Source: a virus (taxonomy: Duplodnaviria > Caudoviricetes). From it: a stretch of DNA of 27,109 bases. The stretch covers positions 1 through 27,109 of the IMG/VR virus record IMGVR_UViG_3300015201_000010. One strand, written 5' to 3'. The position numbers were made by a program, and so were the translations under genes. Under the pieces are notes generated by a model that worked only from the letters and a program-made list of their open reading frames with translations, searched no databases and was not told the DNA's origin. Position 1 is the stretch's first letter; every line of letters starts with the position of its first letter. Below, in pieces: positions 8,413 through 16,356 of the stretch.

Positions 8413-9169
8413 GCCTTATAATCATCCATTTTTTAAAGATAGAACTGGACAAAAATATATAACTACAGAGAATTACATAGCTACAGTTATTAAGTATATC
8501 AATAAAAATAATTGTACAATTCAACTCAATGATTGGAATAATACAATCCTATATAGTAGAACTATAAGGGAATTAAAGACAGGTAAAATTAAAAATCCTT
8601 ATCATCGTTCAGTTTATAGCATCGGTTACTTAGGTGAAGGTATAAGAGATAAAGCTATGGAACTTAAATGGAGATCTATGTTTGTCAGATCCTATAGTGA
8701 AAGTTATCATGAAAATCAACCCTCATATAAAGACTGTTCAGTAGACCCAAGATGGCATTGTTTTCAGGATTTTGCAAAATGGTATATTGAAAAATTTAAA
8801 TCTCATATGAATAGTACTTGGGAACTTGATAAGGATTTATTGTTAAAAGGCAATAGAAATTATTCTTCTGAGACGTGTTGCTTTCTTCCAAAAGCTATAA
8901 ATAATGTTTTAATGGTAAAATCAAGTTGCAGAGGTAAATATCCTATTGGAGTTGTATATCATAATAAAAATAAATGTTTTATGGCTCAATTACATAAAAA
9001 GTCTAAAAATAAAAGTTTTAGTCCATACAAAACCCCCGAAGAAGCTTTTTATAAATATAAAATTGAGAAAGAGCGCTACATTAAAGAAATTGCAGATGAG
9101 TGGAAAGAACTTATTGATTATGAAGCGTACCAAGCATTAATTAAATACCAAGTAGAAATAACAGATTAA
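8402..9169 (+). CDS. HNH-type (His-Me finger) homing endonuclease-like protein with an AP2-like C-terminus
   Basis: W..M..R...YKDCSVDPRWHCFQDFAKW...WELDKDLL.KGNRNYSSETCCFLP..IN, followed by PIGV...TPEEAF..Y. Confidence 0.75.
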   Translation: MKNKPYNHPFFKDRTGQKYITTENYIATVIKYINKNNCTIQLNDWNNTILYSRTIRELKTGKIKNPYHRSVYSIGYLGEGIRDKAMELKWRSMFVRSYSESYHENQPSYKDCSVDPRWHCFQDFAKWYIEKFKSHMNSTWELDKDLLLKGNRNYSSETCCFLPKAINNVLMVKSSCRGKYPIGVVYHNKNKCFMAQLHKKSKNKSFSPYKTPEEAFYKYKIEKERYIKEIADEWKELIDYEAYQALIKYQVEITD

Positions 9170-9171
9170 AA

Positions 9172-9375
9172 ATGAAAACTAAAATACAAGAATTAATAGA
9201 CCAACATACATTTGCAAAACAAGAGCTTAATGGGATGTTAGAAGAACTATCTCAGATAGATGATAGTAAGTTATCAGAATCAGATATACGTCAGTTAGAT
9301 TGCTCAAAATTAGCTTTAGTAAGTGAGTATGATTTGAGACTTATATTTATTAATCAATTAGAAGATTTATTATAA
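9172..9375 (+). CDS. hypothetical protein
   Basis: 67-aa ORF. Confidence 0.7.
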   Translation: MKTKIQELIDQHTFAKQELNGMLEELSQIDDSKLSESDIRQLDCSKLALVSEYDLRLIFINQLEDLL

Positions 9376-9410
9376 ACTTTTTTCGCGGAAAACAAATAAA
9401 AACATAAATT

Positions 9411-9881
9411 ATGAGCATAAAATATAATAAAGACGGAATAGAAATTAACGGAGAATTCTTATCTCTTAAAACAATTACAGAAAAGTGTAACAATATCGCT
9501 ATAAAAGAAAAGGATTTAGTTTTATTTATTATGTGTTGGGATGGTCGCGGAGGAGATGTAACAGAAAGAAGAGTATTACCTATTGAAAATGCATTAAAAT
9601 TACAAGAAATTCTTTTAGGGAGAGAAGTTTATTTTGGAGAAATTTGGGGTAAACATTCAGAAGTTTTTGGTGATATTTGCAAAGATACTTTTGAAATAGA
9701 CCGAGATAAAAAGAATGTAAAAAAGTTTTTAGCTAAGTATCCTAATGGAGTTAACTACAATTACAGTTTTATAGACACGTTTACTAATAACATAATGGAA
9801 AGAATAGATGATGACCCAGACTCACTAGAAGAAGATGAAAATGAAGAATTAGTTGATAAAATTTACGCTTTAATAAAATAA
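9411..9881 (+). CDS. hypothetical phage protein
   Basis: 156 aa, with a conserved-looking VYFGEIWGKHSEV segment. Confidence 0.8.
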   Translation: MSIKYNKDGIEINGEFLSLKTITEKCNNIAIKEKDLVLFIMCWDGRGGDVTERRVLPIENALKLQEILLGREVYFGEIWGKHSEVFGDICKDTFEIDRDKKNVKKFLAKYPNGVNYNYSFIDTFTNNIMERIDDDPDSLEEDENEELVDKIYALIK

Positions 9882-9883
9882 AT

Positions 9884-10093
9884 ATGAAACACGTAAACGA
9901 GATAAAATTTGAGGGTGATACTCCTTGGATAAAAGCTATGAATAAAGCTAACGAATACTGGACAAAATACAATAACGCACAAACTGAAAAAGAAAAGGAT
10001 GAATATTTTTTCAAATGGACAGATATGCGGTTTGAAATAGAATCAGGAGTACACGGAAATAACTCACCACAAGGCGGAGGAATTGTAGTTTAA
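9884..10093 (+). CDS. hypothetical protein
   Basis: 69-aa ORF with 2-nt gaps. Confidence 0.7.
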   Translation: MKHVNEIKFEGDTPWIKAMNKANEYWTKYNNAQTEKEKDEYFFKWTDMRFEIESGVHGNNSPQGGGIVV

Positions 10094-10095
10094 TT

Positions 10096-10350
10096 ATGAA
10101 AGCACTTAAATTTATTTTAGACATATTTAATCCGCCAACTATTGAAGAGCAAAGAGAGGATTATATAAGTAAAAATGGTTATCCAGAACAAACAGTATTT
10201 TTTGCAGATTCTAGAGGTAGGTTAGGAAGCATAATAGGTAAACAAACTCTTAGAAAATTTATAGAATCTGATTTTGCAAAACAATGTTCAAAAGACATTA
10301 AAGAAAAAGGATATTTCAAACCGAGTGACTACGGATACCCAATAGGATAA
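10096..10350 (+). CDS. hypothetical protein
   Basis: 84-aa ORF with 2-nt gaps. Confidence 0.7.
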   Translation: MKALKFILDIFNPPTIEEQREDYISKNGYPEQTVFFADSRGRLGSIIGKQTLRKFIESDFAKQCSKDIKEKGYFKPSDYGYPIG

Positions 10351-10352
10351 TT

Positions 10353-10757
10353 ATGGAAGAAATAGTAAAAAATTTAGAATTATACAATTCGGAATATAAA
10401 CTAGAAGAACATCAATATCTTTTAAAAGTAAGAAAAGATAGAGTAGGATTCTTAACTAAGTTAACACTTAAAAACGAACTTCCAATAGCTTTTAAAAATT
10501 GGACAAAAGGATATCATGATAAAAGTTGTAGCCTACCTATCTATGTTTTCGATAATTTTAGATATAGTGGGTGGAAATTAGTAGAATGGCGTTTTGGAAT
10601 GAGTCAAAATTGGGCGAAAGTTAAACATCCAGCAGGATTTGTAGTAGAAGTTCAGTTACATAATTTATTAGAAACCTTGTTAAACACAACTATGATTGAA
10701 GGACAAATAGAAGGAGAATATAGATGGGATAAATATAAAGGTTTAATTGATTACTAA
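10353..10757 (+). CDS. hypothetical phage protein
   Basis: 134-aa ORF. Confidence 0.75.
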   Translation: MEEIVKNLELYNSEYKLEEHQYLLKVRKDRVGFLTKLTLKNELPIAFKNWTKGYHDKSCSLPIYVFDNFRYSGWKLVEWRFGMSQNWAKVKHPAGFVVEVQLHNLLETLLNTTMIEGQIEGEYRWDKYKGLIDY

Positions 10758-10759
10758 TT

Positions 10760-11026
10760 TTGGCGGATAAAAAAGAAACAGCAGGAAATGATTTAGACAT
10801 TCTACAAGAAATGCATGCTAAATTAAGAAAGTGTAAGTATTGGTATTATGAACTACACAATAGTCTAATATCTGATTACGAATTTGACATGTTAGAAAAG
10901 AAATATGACAGGCTTTGTGATGATCTAGGTATACATTTAAAATTAAGAGTTAGTGAGTCTGTAGGATTTAGTTTTAGGATACCTATGGATTTAAGAAATT
11001 ATATCTATAATAATGATTTAAAATGA
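10760..11026 (+). CDS. stand-alone NAD+-dependent DNA ligase domain Ia-like protein
   Basis: YWYYELHNSLISDYEFDMLEKK resembles LigA Ia YY..D.P.ISD.EYD.L, and the SESVG tail resembles LigA TQRVG. No adenylation domain. TTG start. Confidence 0.7.
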   Translation: MADKKETAGNDLDILQEMHAKLRKCKYWYYELHNSLISDYEFDMLEKKYDRLCDDLGIHLKLRVSESVGFSFRIPMDLRNYIYNNDLK

Positions 11027-11199
11027 AGGAAGAAAAATTGTTAGTGAAGTCATTTAAAGATGGTTCTCTAAATTGGTGGTGCTCGTTAAAACACTTTACC
11101 ATATTAAATGGAGAACTAATTTGTGCCGCAGGAGGAGAACCAACAGATGAAGAGATAAATCATATGAAAAAGTACTTAAAAACTAAAAAGTTGTTATGA
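11023..11199 (+). CDS. hypothetical protein (58 aa, below the track cutoff)
   Basis: MKEEKLLVKSFKDGSLNWWC...; ATGA overlaps with both neighbours. Confidence 0.7.
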   Translation: MKEEKLLVKSFKDGSLNWWCSLKHFTILNGELICAAGGEPTDEEINHMKKYLKTKKLL

Positions 11200-11396
11200 A
11201 ATTTGAACTAAATGCTATAGAAATAGGGAATGTGAATTCAATTATTGCATCTATTAATATACTTCATAAAACTCCTCAAGATTTAATAATAACTTATTGT
11301 TTTTGTAGTGGAGGCATAGGTGTTAAAAAAGAAGTAACAGTCAAAAATGATACATTTGAGTACAAAAAAGATGTTACAGACTATTATAGTTGGTAA
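11196..11396 (+). CDS. hypothetical protein
   Basis: 66-aa ORF ending KDVTDYYSW. Confidence 0.7.
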   Translation: MKFELNAIEIGNVNSIIASINILHKTPQDLIITYCFCSGGIGVKKEVTVKNDTFEYKKDVTDYYSW

Positions 11397-11423
11397 TTTC
11401 CGCGAAAAAAGATTTAAAAAACA

Positions 11424-11455
11424 GTTGTTTATCTCAAATAAAATAACTACATTTA
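11424..11455 (+). promoter_or_regulatory. promoter variant
   Basis: GTTG (11424-11427), N20, TACATTTA (11448-11455). Confidence 0.55.
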
Positions 11456-11459
11456 CATA

Positions 11460-11885
11460 ATGAAAGGAAGAATAGATTTTAAAACTAAAGAATACGACAA
11501 ATTAACTATTTCTGATTTAAAAAGGGTAGCAGATTATTGGTTGAGACAATTTTTATTAAAAAGAGAAGGTAATCATAATTATCTTCATTGCCCTCTAAAA
11601 AATAGAAGTTATACTTCAAACAATATGGAGTGTGCTCACTACATAGATAGAGGAATTATGAATACGCGCTACGATTTAACAAATGTGCATTTAGTTTCAA
11701 AGCAGTCTAATTCGTTTGATGCTCAAGTTCAAGTGGAAGGATATAAATCACTTCACCATAAAGATTTTGAAAATTTTTTAGGTGAAAGGCTTGTTGAGGA
11801 TTTGCGCGAAAGAAGTAAAATAATAAAAGTATTTCAACGAGAAGACTATATAGGAGTAATAGAAAAATTTAGAGGTAATGAGTGA
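11460..11885 (+). CDS. NinG/Rap-like recombination endonuclease
   Basis: MECAHYIDRG..NTRYDLTNVH....SN, followed by a NinG-like C-terminal pattern (LGERLVEDL). Confidence 0.7.
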   Translation: MKGRIDFKTKEYDKLTISDLKRVADYWLRQFLLKREGNHNYLHCPLKNRSYTSNNMECAHYIDRGIMNTRYDLTNVHLVSKQSNSFDAQVQVEGYKSLHHKDFENFLGERLVEDLRERSKIIKVFQREDYIGVIEKFRGNE

Positions 11886-12291
11886 TACACATCCATTTTA
11901 TAAACTATCAGAGTTAATTAGTCAATATAATACTGACAGGAATTTACTAGATATAAAGCAATTACAGGATTTAAGAGAAAATATCTCTTTAACTTTATTT
12001 TATCTGAGTGATGATGCGGCAAAGGCAATAGCTAATTTTGATGCAAAGGAATATGAAAGACGTAGATTTTATGCTAACAGAGAAGAGTATTACAGAAATG
12101 ATGTAGATGAAAGAACAGGTAAAAATTTCAATGTAGCAGATTCAGAGAGGAAAGCAAGGTTAGATGCTAAACAGATAGATGAAGAAACAGTTACTTCACT
12201 AAGACAAAAAGAAAGAGTACGAATTATATTAAATGCAACAAATCAAATTCTAAATTCAATTTCAGGGAGAATTTCACAATTAAGTAAATAA
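11878..12291 (+). CDS. helical protein, possible UvsY-like recombination mediator
   Basis: Coiled-coil-like 137 aa between ninG and recA. The function is inferred from context only. Confidence 0.4.
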   Translation: MSDTHPFYKLSELISQYNTDRNLLDIKQLQDLRENISLTLFYLSDDAAKAIANFDAKEYERRRFYANREEYYRNDVDERTGKNFNVADSERKARLDAKQIDEETVTSLRQKERVRIILNATNQILNSISGRISQLSK

Positions 12292-12305
12292 TTTAAAAAT
12301 AAAAA

Positions 12306-13304
12306 ATGGCAAAAAAAGATTTAGAAAAAGCATTTGATAAAGTAGAATTTTTATATGCTCGTGGAGCAATAGTTAATTTGGATAAAAATCCAAGATATCC
12401 TGATAAAGTACTATCTAACAGACCTTCCATTGATTACGTTACTGATGGGGGTTTTCCAAAAGGGAGGTTAATATTAATTGCTGGGGAGCCAAGTGCGGGA
12501 AAAAGTTCTTTAACCATACAAATTGCTGAAGAATTAGGTAAGAAAATTCTGTACGCAGATACGGAAGCGACACTTACAACCGATTACATTTTAAGCCTTG
12601 GGGCAACACCATCAAAATTTGACCATTTTATTCCAGAAACGACGGAAACAATGTGTGATATAATCAGACAACAAATACCTAATTATGATGTAATAATTGT
12701 AGACTCAATTAATAACTCTGCTAGTGGAGAGCAATTACAAAAAACAGCAGGGGAAAGGACGATGGCTAACCGTGCCTTAGTAATGTCTTCACAATTACCA
12801 ATTTTGATAGGGTTAGCTAATCAATATAATACAACACTGATTATTTTGTCACAAGTTAGAGATAATATGGATAAAGCTAATAAGTATAGTCCAGATACAG
12901 TTGTTCCTGGTGGTAGAAGCTTACATCATAATAGCTCATTAACTTTAGAACTTTTTAAATCTTCTAAAAAAGAAAAAGATGAAAAAGGAACTTTGGGGAA
13001 TAAAGATAAAGTTGTTGACGGAAACATGGTTCGTATTAAGTGTACTAAAAATAAAGTTGGGAAAGTGAATAGAGAAGTTTCAGTTGAATTTACCTATGGA
13101 ATGGGTTACACAATCGAAGCAGATATTGCATCAGCAGCCAAAAGGCTAGGAGTTTTAGAAATGGCAGGAAGTTGGGTAAAGTATAAAGGAACTTCTATTG
13201 TGCAAGGTATTGATAATATAGTCCCAATGTTATTCGATAATCCTGATTTATTAGATGAGTTGAAGAAAGAGGTAGAAGAGAAAATGAAAGCAAAAGAAGA
13301 TTAA
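12306..13304 (+). CDS. recA: RecA/UvsX-family recombinase
   Basis: GGFPKGR, Walker A GEPSAGKS, DTE, Walker B IIVDS, SQVR, PGGRSL, KNKV, GSW.KY. Confidence 0.95.
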   Translation: MAKKDLEKAFDKVEFLYARGAIVNLDKNPRYPDKVLSNRPSIDYVTDGGFPKGRLILIAGEPSAGKSSLTIQIAEELGKKILYADTEATLTTDYILSLGATPSKFDHFIPETTETMCDIIRQQIPNYDVIIVDSINNSASGEQLQKTAGERTMANRALVMSSQLPILIGLANQYNTTLIILSQVRDNMDKANKYSPDTVVPGGRSLHHNSSLTLELFKSSKKEKDEKGTLGNKDKVVDGNMVRIKCTKNKVGKVNREVSVEFTYGMGYTIEADIASAAKRLGVLEMAGSWVKYKGTSIVQGIDNIVPMLFDNPDLLDELKKEVEEKMKAKED

Positions 13305-13559
13305 ATGAAAGACACAATCCAAGAAATACAGAAATTAACTTCAAGTCTAGGAGAATTACCTGACTATTATTCTGACATAGTAATTGATTTATTTGATAGT
13401 ATATCTCAACAGATTAAATATGGAGAATTTTATGAAAAGATATCTTTATATGAAGTTGAAAATTTACTTTCAGTTTTTAACCCCGCGCTAAAAAAGGATA
13501 TAGAAATACTAGAGCAGTTAAAAGAAAAATTAAATAGGTTAAATAAAATGAGTTTATGA
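13305..13559 (+). CDS. hypothetical protein
   Basis: 84-aa ORF abutting recA. Confidence 0.7.
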   Translation: MKDTIQEIQKLTSSLGELPDYYSDIVIDLFDSISQQIKYGEFYEKISLYEVENLLSVFNPALKKDIEILEQLKEKLNRLNKMSL

Positions 13560-13768
13560 AAAATATTTTACCATCTCATTACGAGATAACAGAAGGAGAT
13601 AATTGGATTAGATGTAAATCTTTAGAGGGATTACGAACTAATAATGACTCAGATGATGATGAAGCTTGGTCTTATGTTTTTGGCGCGATAAAAAATAAAT
13701 ATAAAACCTTAAAAGAAGTTTACTTTAACACAAATGCTTACTATCAAGATTTTGTAATTTATATTTAA
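13556..13768 (+). CDS. hypothetical protein
   Basis: 70-aa ORF, ATGA overlap. Confidence 0.7.
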   Translation: MKNILPSHYEITEGDNWIRCKSLEGLRTNNDSDDDEAWSYVFGAIKNKYKTLKEVYFNTNAYYQDFVIYI

Positions 13769-13776
13769 ACAAGGAT

Positions 13777-14229
13777 ATGATAGAAGACTCAAAAGAAACA
13801 AGTATAGAAGTATTATATAACTATATTAATTCAGTAAAGGCTAAAAATACAAAATCAGACTATTTAACATGTATTGATTTTTTATACAATTTGATTATAA
13901 ATAAAATTAAAAGTAAGAGGTACATAGCAGTAACAGAAGTAGAAACTAAGCCTCTATATGTTGAACCTATAAACTTTACACAATATGAGTTTGATAAAAT
14001 AGCACAAGGATTAAGTCGTTATAATACATTTGATCCTACACCTAAGCCAGTATTACCTCAATATATGTCAATACCTATGTCAGAAGAGACTTTTAAATTT
14101 ATAGAGTCTGTTTCTAATGTTTTTATCCCGATTTTCGGCGAAAAAGAATATAAAATAAACAACTTAAAGTTTAAAATGTATACAAAAGAAGAATACGAAA
14201 AACAATTTGGTAAATATGAGTGTATTTGA
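13777..14229 (+). CDS. hypothetical protein
   Basis: 150-aa ORF. Confidence 0.7.
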   Translation: MIEDSKETSIEVLYNYINSVKAKNTKSDYLTCIDFLYNLIINKIKSKRYIAVTEVETKPLYVEPINFTQYEFDKIAQGLSRYNTFDPTPKPVLPQYMSIPMSEETFKFIESVSNVFIPIFGEKEYKINNLKFKMYTKEEYEKQFGKYECI

Positions 14230-14395
14230 AAATAGAAAACAAGAACTTATGGATATAATTGACTTTTATTATTTTATAGAAGATTATGGACATATTTTTG
14301 GAGGAAAAAATGAAGAGTTGGATGCAGGGTTCATAGATATAAATAAAGGTATTGAATCAATTTATAAATTAGTTAATGATCACTATGGCAGATAA
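14216..14395 (+). CDS. hypothetical protein (start revised to ATG 14216)
   Basis: MSVFENRKQELM...; fills the gap between neighbours. Confidence 0.65.
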   Translation: MSVFENRKQELMDIIDFYYFIEDYGHIFGGKNEELDAGFIDINKGIESIYKLVNDHYGR

Positions 14396-14867
14396 AAAAG
14401 AAAATATAAATTGGTTTTTTGAGGAAAAGGAAATAACTGAGATAACTCAAATGCCAAAAGATGTTTATGGTTTCTGTTATAAAATAGAAATACAATTAGA
14501 GGGTAAAACTTTTTATTATATTGGACAAAAAAAATTAATTTCCCAGCGAAAAAAGAAAATGTCCAAAAAAGAAATAGAAGCATTACCTAATAAGAAACTA
14601 AAAAAATGGTATTATGTTTTTGCAGAAATGAAGTGGCAAATTTATGTAGGTTCAAGTAAAGAATTACTGTCTTTAATAAAAGAACATGGACAAGACAAAT
14701 TAAAATTAAAAAAAGAAATTTTACAATATGCTTATAGTGAAAATGAACTAAAGTATATAGAAGCTAGAGAAATTCTGTGTTCTAACTCTCTTTTATCAGA
14801 TTACTATTTTAATGATGGCGTTAGCCTAAGACAAGTTGGTAAACCGAATTTCGCTAAAAATAAATAA
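14385..14867 (+). CDS. GIY-YIG nuclease (Seg/EndoII-like); start at 14385 or 14376
   Basis: VYGFCYKIE...FYYIGQK...WQIYVGSS...KEIL...YIE...YFN. Confidence 0.75.
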   Translation: MADKKENINWFFEEKEITEITQMPKDVYGFCYKIEIQLEGKTFYYIGQKKLISQRKKKMSKKEIEALPNKKLKKWYYVFAEMKWQIYVGSSKELLSLIKEHGQDKLKLKKEILQYAYSENELKYIEAREILCSNSLLSDYYFNDGVSLRQVGKPNFAKNK

Positions 14868-14868
14868 A

Positions 14869-15057
14869 ATGACATATTGGTACAATAAAGGGAATAATTC
14901 TATAAGTTTAAGATATCTTCCTCAACATTTTAAGTTAGTTAATTGCAGTACAAATGGAGCTGTAAAAGGAGTAGATTCATGTTTTGATTTTAATTTACAT
15001 TTTTTAGGAGTGTTTTTCAGTTACACTAATTGGAATTATTCGCCGAAAAAGAAATAA
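14869..15057 (+). CDS. hypothetical protein (start revised to ATG 14869)
   Basis: ATG 1 nt after the upstream stop. Confidence 0.6.
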   Translation: MTYWYNKGNNSISLRYLPQHFKLVNCSTNGAVKGVDSCFDFNLHFLGVFFSYTNWNYSPKKK

Positions 15058-15070
15058 AAACAGAAAATAA

Positions 15071-15102
15071 TTAGGTCAATCCAAAAATAAAGTTTAAATT
15101 TA
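15071..15102 (+). promoter_or_regulatory. promoter variant upstream of phoH
   Basis: TTAG, N20, TAAATTTA. Near-copy of 17784-17815. Confidence 0.55.
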
Positions 15103-15125
15103 CTATAATAAAAACATATAGGTAT

Positions 15126-15854
15126 ATGACAACTCAAAGAAAAATGGCGAAAAAGAAAGTTTCAGATTATGATGAATCAGTAAGTAGTAGGGATTGTGAT
15201 AATTTTAAATTAGAACTACATGCTATGCAGAAACCAATCATAAATTTACATAAAGAAAATGATATGATTATTCTTCTTGCTCCCCCAGGTTCTGGAAAAG
15301 ATTTTATGCAAATTTACAGAGCCATGCAAGGACTCATAAGTAAAGAATTTGAAGAAGTTATATTTATGAGAACGATTGTGGAGGCTACTTCAAGTAAGTT
15401 AGGTTTTTTGCCTGGTGATGAAAATTCGAAGCTAGAACCTTATTTAGAGATATTTTATGAGCAAATGAGATCTATGTTAAAACCTCATGTTTTTGAAAGA
15501 ATTAAAAGTAAAGTGAGGTTTGAATACCCTGGATTTATACGCGGAAAAACATTTGGAGGAAATCATAAAGGAAATGTATGTGTAATTCTAAGTGAAGGAC
15601 AAAACGCAGATTTAAAAGAATTAGTTACAATTGCAACTAGAATGTCAGAAGGGTCTAAACTATTTATTAACTCTGACCCTAATCAATCAGATATTGGAAA
15701 TAGATCGGGAATAATGGATTTTATAAATATTGTAAAACACATAGATGGAGTAGCAGTTCAAGAATTAGATGAGTCATTTCAGATGAGAGGAAGACTAGTT
15801 AGAGAAATTGATAGTTCATATAGAAAATTTTTAAATAAAAAGTTGCAGAATTAA
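15126..15854 (+). CDS. phoH: PhoH-family ATPase
   Basis: APPGSGK, LGFLPGD..SKLEPY, FIRGKTF, SEGQN, TRMSEGSK, DPNQSD. Confidence 0.92.
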   Translation: MTTQRKMAKKKVSDYDESVSSRDCDNFKLELHAMQKPIINLHKENDMIILLAPPGSGKDFMQIYRAMQGLISKEFEEVIFMRTIVEATSSKLGFLPGDENSKLEPYLEIFYEQMRSMLKPHVFERIKSKVRFEYPGFIRGKTFGGNHKGNVCVILSEGQNADLKELVTIATRMSEGSKLFINSDPNQSDIGNRSGIMDFINIVKHIDGVAVQELDESFQMRGRLVREIDSSYRKFLNKKLQN

Positions 15855-15873
15855 AATAAAAGAGTTATATTTG
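15842..15873 (+). promoter_or_regulatory. Bacteroidota sigma70-type promoter driving the non-coding region
   Basis: GTTG (15842-15845), N20, TATATTTG (15866-15873). Confidence 0.75.
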
Positions 15874-15878
15874 TATTG

Positions 15879-16203
15879 TCGGTGCACAAAGTGTGATGGA
15901 CGTGGTAAGAGACTAAGTTCTTTTAAACGCAATACCGAAAGTTGCGCTCTTTACCTAGGGGGTAGAGTATATTTGTATATACTACATCGTTAACTTCCAC
16001 CACTCGAGAGGTAACAAGTAAGAAGAAGTTTTAACATAGTGTGGAGTAAAGATCGCCTTATGACATGTAGTTTTAATTCTTAGAGAGATTTAGTTAAAAA
16101 CACTTTTTGGCTTTTTGGTAATACGTGTGCTGTATCTTGGTAACAGGATTAAACCTTAAAACAACGTGTGATGTGGATGAGTGACCACAAATCTTTCTTT
16201 TTT
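15879..16203 (+). ncRNA. candidate structured non-coding RNA, family not recognised
   Basis: No track ORF, visibly more GC-rich than its flanks, bounded by a promoter and a terminator, with several nested helices and a GUAA-capped hairpin. Confidence 0.7.
16170..16203 (+). terminator. intrinsic terminator closing the ncRNA
   Basis: GATGTGG / CCACAAATC stem followed by TTTCTTTTTT. Confidence 0.55.
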
Positions 16204-16257
16204 AACTTTTTACGCGAAAATAATGAATAAAGAAACAATAAACAGATAATTTTAAAA

Positions 16258-16356
16258 ATGAGACAAGACAAAGTTACTGTTAAGGCTTATTTACAAAATG
16301 AAATAACTAAAGAAGAGTTCGAAAGTAAAAATATTAAGTTACATAAAATTAAATAA
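16258..16356 (+). CDS. 32-aa small ORF (possibly the 3' part of a frameshifted gene starting at 16223)
   Basis: MRQDKVTVKAYLQNEITKEEFESKNIKLHKIK; its stop abuts the next ATG. Confidence 0.45.
   Translation: MRQDKVTVKAYLQNEITKEEFESKNIKLHKIK

Noticed and set aside
10760-11199. Broken NAD-dependent DNA ligase pseudogene
   Set aside because: The downstream ORFs show no KxDG adenylation motif and are cleanly coupled by ATGA overlaps.
3082-15854. Bacterial chromosome origin, suggested by groEL, recA and phoH
   Set aside because: The genes are divergent, lack their usual operon context, and sit among dense small hypotheticals and homing endonucleases typical of large phages.
15879-16203. tRNA, tmRNA, RNase P, group I intron, hammerhead or omegaRNA identity for the ncRNA (AGAGACTAAG near 15908, GATGAG at 16176)
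   Set aside because: There is no T-loop GTTC or cloverleaf, no GAGGAAAGTC, no TAGTC partner for a P7 helix, no CTGATGA core and no adjacent IscB/TnpB.
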